From a virus (lineage: Duplodnaviria > Caudoviricetes): a stretch of 28,966 bases of DNA. Positions 25,245-28,966 of this stretch are shown here, in pieces. Location of the stretch: the IMG/VR virus record IMGVR_UViG_3300006737_000127, positions 1 to 28,966 of that record; one strand, written 5' to 3'. The translations under genes and the position numbers were made by a program. The notes under the pieces are model-generated. The model worked only from the letters and a program-made list of their open reading frames with translations, searched no databases and was not told the DNA's origin. Each line of letters opens with the position of its first letter. Positions within the stretch are counted from its first letter, which is position 1.

Positions 25245-25275
25245 CTTCTGTTGTTGCTTTATATAGGATTCAACC
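25245..25275 (-). promoter_or_regulatory. Conserved viral TATA promoter, copy 2; probably drives a leaderless rfc transcript
   Basis: Identical to 14933-14963. TATATAAA ends 21 nt before the rfc ATG. Confidence 0.8.
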
Positions 25276-25683
25276 CAATACTGCTTCTTCGTCGTCAAAA
25301 GCCTTCGCCCATTCAATGAACTCTTCGTAGTCGGTAGGTGCGGGGTTATCCCACACCCACTGAAACATGTGAAGTCCCGCTCGGTCTGCAATCAGCGTAC
25401 GAGTTTTGTACGCTAAGTCCAGTCCGTCCAACAGGACAATCCACTTCATCACATCTCCTTGCTTCGTCCACTCGTCCTTGTACACAAGGTTCGCTAATTG
25501 TAGTAGTCTTTGAATGAGGGGTTGCATGACTATCGCAGGCTTGTTAGCCCACGATACGCTCATGCGTACACGGTGTCCGTTGGGTCGCTCGTTGGCTTTC
25601 ACCACACTCACATTGAACTTTATCGCACCAGCGATGTAGCCAGCCGTAAGCCATTGTTCTTTGTCGTCGTCAATTTTCTGCAT
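25270..25683 (-). CDS. Degenerate LAGLIDADG-like protein (probably nuclease-dead)
   Basis: WLTAGYIAGAIKFNVSVVK...NGHRVRMSVSW parallels the single-motif LAGLIDADG N-terminus (YLAGFxDGDGS.....K......L.F) but lacks the acidic residues. Confidence 0.45.
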   Translation of the reverse strand: MQKIDDDKEQWLTAGYIAGAIKFNVSVVKANERPNGHRVRMSVSWANKPAIVMQPLIQRLLQLANLVYKDEWTKQGDVMKWIVLLDGLDLAYKTRTLIADRAGLHMFQWVWDNPAPTDYEEFIEWAKAFDDEEAVLG

Positions 25684-26959
25684 GTGTCATTCCTCTTTCA
25701 ATCAGTTCAGTTATTTGTGTCAAGTCGTTGATACCCAAGTCTCGTCTCACTCTAATCGGTAAGCACTGTGTGATGTTACCGTTAGCATCAGCACTGAGCA
25801 CTGCCACTTCAACAACGATAACAACCTCTCCTAAGTCAGTGTCCTCCTTGACAACCGCTTCGTCGCACGAGGGTACATCAACTACAGGAACAAAATCGGA
25901 CAAGCCATCAAGCGCCGCTAACTCCCAACGCAACTCTTTCTTCTCAGTGTACTGCTTCTCCAACTTGAGGTACGCTCGTGAGCGCTCAGCGTGGAGCGTG
26001 TAGCCCATGACGCCTCCCGGTTCGTACTGTGTGTCCTCGTGGATGAGTCGCACGCAGTGGACATCCTCATGTTGAACTCGGTTATTGACCAACTCCCAAG
26101 CACCATGCTTGGACAGGTCATGTACTCTTGCACGGATGTGGTGCATACGCCTACTGAAAGGAGCGTGAGGGTCTGCTGATGAAATGTAGTCAAGCACAGT
26201 GTTGTGAGTGAACTCCTTGAGAATGTTGAAGTCTTCCCTTGTGCTACCAATAGGTACACCTTCTCGGTTGTATGTTACATTCCCCCATGTGTACCACAAC
26301 CGTTGACGGCTTTCTTCGCTGGGGTACATTGAGGGGATAACGATAGCATACCATTGACCCTCGGGTGGTTGGAGTTTGCTCCACGCCTTCCAACGGGCAG
26401 GTGTAGGAAAGTTCGCTTCATACTTCCACCACTCTTTGAGGGACATGATGCTTGAAGGTGTTTTGTACATTTTGATTAAGGTGTCCTTGGACTGAGAACC
26501 AAGCACCACTTCAACTGGCAACTTCAACTGCCGTGCGAGTGCTGCGAAGAAGGTTCGCTTACTGAGTACTGCTCTCGCTTTCAAGAGCCAACGCCACACC
26601 AGCCGAGCCTCCTTCTCATCATGTCGGTACGCTATGTCCGTGAACGATGCCGCTTCATAAGGGTAGGACAGAACTTGGCCGGTAGTGAGATTGCGTGAGG
26701 ATGTCTTGTTACTCTCGGAGGCCAAACCCATGAACACTTCTTCATCGGGCAACATCTCTTTCACTACATTGATGTAGAGTCCCAATTCCTCACCAATCAT
26801 TTTCGCAACACTTGTAGGTGAAATGCGAGCGTAAGACGGGAAGAATAACTCGTAAGCAAAGAGCGCTTCCTCAAGTGATTCAATGCGCTTCAATTCAGCG
26901 CCCGGCTTTGAGCCTAAGCGCAAGCGCTCATGAATGTCAGCCAACTTAGAGAAGTTCAC
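25670..26959 (-). CDS. ATP-dependent DNA ligase homologue lacking catalytic motifs (429 aa)
   Basis: GTG start overlaps the upstream stop. N-terminal 'NFSKLADIHERL', 'TYNREG', 'VLDYI...PFSRR', 'YEPG' and the OB-like tail 'VVEV...IRVRRDL...TQITEL' follow ligase order. No KxDG, EG or WxKxK motif. Confidence 0.6.
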   Translation of the reverse strand: MNFSKLADIHERLRLGSKPGAELKRIESLEEALFAYELFFPSYARISPTSVAKMIGEELGLYINVVKEMLPDEEVFMGLASESNKTSSRNLTTGQVLSYPYEAASFTDIAYRHDEKEARLVWRWLLKARAVLSKRTFFAALARQLKLPVEVVLGSQSKDTLIKMYKTPSSIMSLKEWWKYEANFPTPARWKAWSKLQPPEGQWYAIVIPSMYPSEESRQRLWYTWGNVTYNREGVPIGSTREDFNILKEFTHNTVLDYISSADPHAPFSRRMHHIRARVHDLSKHGAWELVNNRVQHEDVHCVRLIHEDTQYEPGGVMGYTLHAERSRAYLKLEKQYTEKKELRWELAALDGLSDFVPVVDVPSCDEAVVKEDTDLGEVVIVVEVAVLSADANGNITQCLPIRVRRDLGINDLTQITELIERGMTHAEN

Positions 26960-27312
26960 AACAACAACTCCAACACATCGCTGAACTCGTCTTGCCATTT
27001 GTTGGGTCGGGGTTGCGTACCTACATTGAAAATACTCATCGTGATTGTTCGCATACGCTGAGCACTGACTTTGATGCCAGCGTTCTTTGCTACAAGGTAG
27101 ATGCAATCCACCATGAGGCCGTGCGGGCTTCGCTGATTCATCCAACGGTCATCCTTTCCTACCGTCAACTGAATGATTTTCGCAGTGGCGTACTGAATGT
27201 GGTCAAGCCCAATACTCGTAGCCAACTCAAGCGCCCGGTCGTTGTCCTTGTGGGCAGCAACTGAGCGAGCGAGAGCGTCCGCTTCTTTGCTGATAACAAT
27301 TTCTTCAGTCAT
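26956..27312 (-). CDS. TFB/TFIIB-like single cyclin-fold protein
   Basis: 'QRSPHGLMVDCIYLVAKNAGIKVSAQRM' matches the TFB cyclin-repeat signature (GRSP..AA..Y.A......TQ.E). No Zn ribbon. Confidence 0.6.
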   Translation of the reverse strand: MTEEIVISKEADALARSVAAHKDNDRALELATSIGLDHIQYATAKIIQLTVGKDDRWMNQRSPHGLMVDCIYLVAKNAGIKVSAQRMRTITMSIFNVGTQPRPNKWQDEFSDVLELLL

Positions 27313-27404
27313 GCTTCCTCACGCTCCCAAAATTCCCACATCGGCAGGCCCGTCTCTTCATCAAGAGGGCCAATGATGTGAACGAGATAGTCTCGCATGT
27401 TCAT
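27309..27404 (-). CDS. Small acidic hypothetical protein, 31 aa (not in ORF track)
   Basis: MNMRDYLVHIIGPLDEETGLPMWEFWEREEA. TGATG and ATGA overlaps fill the gap exactly. Confidence 0.6.
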   Translation of the reverse strand: MNMRDYLVHIIGPLDEETGLPMWEFWEREEA

Positions 27405-27970
27405 CACACCTGCATAGCAGAATCCAACGCATCCAAGAGATATTCACCGTTGCGAGACGATAGGTAATCAAGCACGCTCTTGAGAGCGAGACGAGTGTTG
27501 GCGATTGGTCTGTCATACAACAAGTCCTCAACAACGCTCATCACATCATCCTTGTCCATACCGTAAGCGAACTTCAACAACTGACCTGCTGAACAGCCGT
27601 CAATTGACTCGTTGGAAACACTCACCGTCTTGACAACCTTCTCAGTCGTCGCTTCCTTTTGCACGGTCGCTTCTTCATCACAGGACAAACCGTCACCGTC
27701 CAGTGGGTAGAACAACGGTGCGTTAGCCTTCAACTTACGCCACAAGCCTTTGTTCTTCCTCACGGAGATGAGTTCGTACTTGCGTGCAGCGTCGCTCAAG
27801 TTCGTGGCAAAGCGAACCTTTGTAGTCTTGGTTCGCTTACACCGCTTGTCAATAACTGCGTACAACTCATCAACCGGCTGTGGTGGGTTTTCTACTGCGC
27901 CAGCCACGGCGTTGACCACTCGTGCGGCAAATGCAATTCGTCCTTCTTTCTCTCCTCTCTTCATTTTCAT
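27404..27970 (-). CDS. Hypothetical protein, possible N-terminal winged-helix DNA-binding domain
   Basis: Basic N-terminal half 'PVDELYAVI...FATNL...ELISVRKNKGLWRKL' is reminiscent of a wHTH; coupled to both neighbours. Confidence 0.5.
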   Translation of the reverse strand: MKMKRGEKEGRIAFAARVVNAVAGAVENPPQPVDELYAVIDKRCKRTKTTKVRFATNLSDAARKYELISVRKNKGLWRKLKANAPLFYPLDGDGLSCDEEATVQKEATTEKVVKTVSVSNESIDGCSAGQLLKFAYGMDKDDVMSVVEDLLYDRPIANTRLALKSVLDYLSSRNGEYLLDALDSAMQV

Positions 27971-28545
27971 GCTTTCACTTCCTTTTCTTTCAACTCAGCC
28001 TTTACTGCATCCACATCCATGAACGCAGTGCTGAGTGGAATGGCCTCCATTTTGAGCAGGGTATCACCCGCTCGTGTGGACATCGTGTGTCCAAGAATCT
28101 CTTCAATCGCTTTATCCAACGCAGCGTCGTACTTGCTGTCGTCCACCACTGAATCGTCAGCGATGATAGCGGCGATGTCTTTCAACGCCTTCTTGACAAC
28201 AGGACTTGCGACATCAGCGTCAGCATCCTTGGGAACAAAATTGCGAATCGCCATGCTGAGCAGGCGGCGCATGATGCGCTTTGCTGGCAACTTCCGTGCT
28301 ATGCGCTGTTCAACAGCGGAGCATCGTCGGTACCCGTTGCCGTGGGTCTTACCACCTTCGTGTGGCTCAGTCTGTAGAATCACGGTTGAGCCTGTGAGCA
28401 TATCAACCACCATGAGTTGTGGGTTAGCGTAGTAGTCCTCATGCTTCTCGTGCAAGGTCTTCTCACGCTTGCTCAGTTGTGAAGCGAGGGCACTCAGTGC
28501 CTTCCCACTTCCGTCTGTCCAAATCATTTCGGCGGCTTGTTTCAT
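27967..28545 (-). CDS. Hypothetical protein (192 aa)
   Basis: ATG at 28545 lies 20 nt after the TATA box of promoter copy 3. No recognisable motif. Confidence 0.65.
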   Translation of the reverse strand: MKQAAEMIWTDGSGKALSALASQLSKREKTLHEKHEDYYANPQLMVVDMLTGSTVILQTEPHEGGKTHGNGYRRCSAVEQRIARKLPAKRIMRRLLSMAIRNFVPKDADADVASPVVKKALKDIAAIIADDSVVDDSKYDAALDKAIEEILGHTMSTRAGDTLLKMEAIPLSTAFMDVDAVKAELKEKEVKA

Positions 28546-28562
28546 GGTTCTCACTTCGGTGC

Positions 28563-28581
28563 TGCTTTATATAGGATTCAA
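28563..28581 (-). promoter_or_regulatory. Conserved viral TATA promoter, copy 3 (19-bp core TTGAATCCTATATAAAGCA)
   Basis: Core identical to copies 1 and 2; includes the TGA stop of the PC4-like gene. Confidence 0.75.
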
Positions 28582-28841
28582 TCCTCTCGTTCTCTTTCTT
28601 CTTCCACATTCTCAGCGTGTTCAATTGCTTCAATGAGTCGTGGTAGCATCTCCTTCGCTTGTTGTAGTGTGAGTCTCACACCGTGGCGTGTGTGTTGATT
28701 CTTACCATCCGTGGTGTTCATCACCCGTAGGTCAAGCCATGACTTACCGTAGTAGTCAATGTAAGCGAGACGCACATCACCCTTACCATCCTTCCATTTG
28801 TTTTCCATACTGGCTGTACGCCACATCACAATCTCAGACAT
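28578..28841 (-). CDS. PC4/p15-like ssDNA-binding protein (87 aa)
   Basis: 'VRLAYIDYYGKSWLDLR...HTRHGVRLTLQQ..EM' matches the PC4 signature (V.V..YKG...DIR...PT.KG..L...Q). Likely start MSEIV at 28841. Confidence 0.75.
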   Translation of the reverse strand: MSEIVMWRTASMENKWKDGKGDVRLAYIDYYGKSWLDLRVMNTTDGKNQHTRHGVRLTLQQAKEMLPRLIEAIEHAENVEEERERED

Positions 28842-28965
28842 TCTTCTTTCCCTCCCACCATCCGGGTGGCCCTCGGTCATCGTTCGCCCACTCAAGGAGT
28901 CCGTCGTAGATGTCACGCCGAACTCGTAGGATTGAACCGTAGTCTTTCCACACATCATCGCCGTC
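28834..28965 (-). CDS. C-terminal end of a hypothetical protein (partial, continues beyond the window)
   Basis: Open frame ...DGDDVWKDYGSILRVRRDIYDGLLEWANDDRGPPGWWEGKKNV* overlapping the PC4-like start. Confidence 0.5.
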   Translation of the reverse strand, partial: DGDDVWKDYGSILRVRRDIYDGLLEWANDDRGPPGWWEGKKNV

Positions 28966-28966
28966 G

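Larger units (their letters stand above)
1..28966. other. Fragment of a tailed archaeal virus genome, probably a magrovirus (Poseidoniales/MGII virus), with convergent structural (+) and replication (-) modules
   Basis: Tail/baseplate/fibre genes lie next to an archaeal-type replisome (PolB, PCNA, RFC, AEP primase, MCM-like) and a thermosome. Genes use GGTGA/GAGGTG Shine-Dalgarno motifs, TATA boxes and ATGA/TGATG overlaps. This gene combination is characteristic of described MGII viruses. Confidence 0.85.

Noticed and set aside
14933-25275. The 31-bp perfect direct repeat as att sites or ends of a 10-kb mobile element
   Set aside because: It encloses core replication genes, no integrase or transposase is present, a third partial copy exists, and each copy has a TATA box at fixed spacing from an ATG. 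A promoter explains it better.
26960-27145. N-terminal 62 aa of the 491-aa ORF, and similar extensions on the XPF, SSB, PolB, PC4 and 17052 ORFs
   Set aside because: They overlap upstream genes extensively. Downstream starts with SD motifs and stop/start overlaps fit better.
27659-28432. 257-aa plus-strand ORF and other long antisense or alternate-frame ORFs (7180-7908, 6319-6834, 20487-21035)
   Set aside because: They lie wholly over better-supported coupled genes and show no motifs or SD. Scarce off-frame stops explain them.

Overview
This window is a fragment of a tailed (Caudoviricetes-type) archaeal virus genome. Its gene content best fits a 'magrovirus', a virus of Marine Group II Euryarchaeota/Poseidoniales; this is inferred from motifs, with no database search. 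The left arm (+ strand, 1-11242) is the end of the virion module: a >2093-aa structural protein, an inserted ADP-ribosyltransferase-like gene, baseplate/tail proteins, a collagen/C1q-type tail fibre and an unannotated XkdW-like 56-aa chaperone. The right arm (- strand, 11244-28966) is a tightly coupled replication/host-takeover module. Its replication and repair genes are an RFC clamp loader, OB-fold SSB, RecA/RadA-like ATPase, PCNA-like clamp, PolB, Cas4-like nuclease, fused PriS-PriL primase, XPF/ERCC4 nuclease, MCM-like ATPase and DEDD exonuclease. It also carries a group II chaperonin, a PC4-like protein, a single-repeat TFB-like protein, a TFS-like Zn ribbon, an apparently dead ATP-dependent DNA ligase and a degenerate LAGLIDADG protein. 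A TATA-containing element occurs three times (two copies identical over 31 bp), each about 20 nt before an ATG. The most notable observations are the PIP-box/ART-like cassette, the pseudo-ligase next to a pseudo-LAGLIDADG gene, a possible viral transcription-redirection set, a 4-codon uORF plus AT-rich element before the helicase, and depletion of several 4-bp palindromes. All protein calls come from reading motifs by eye.
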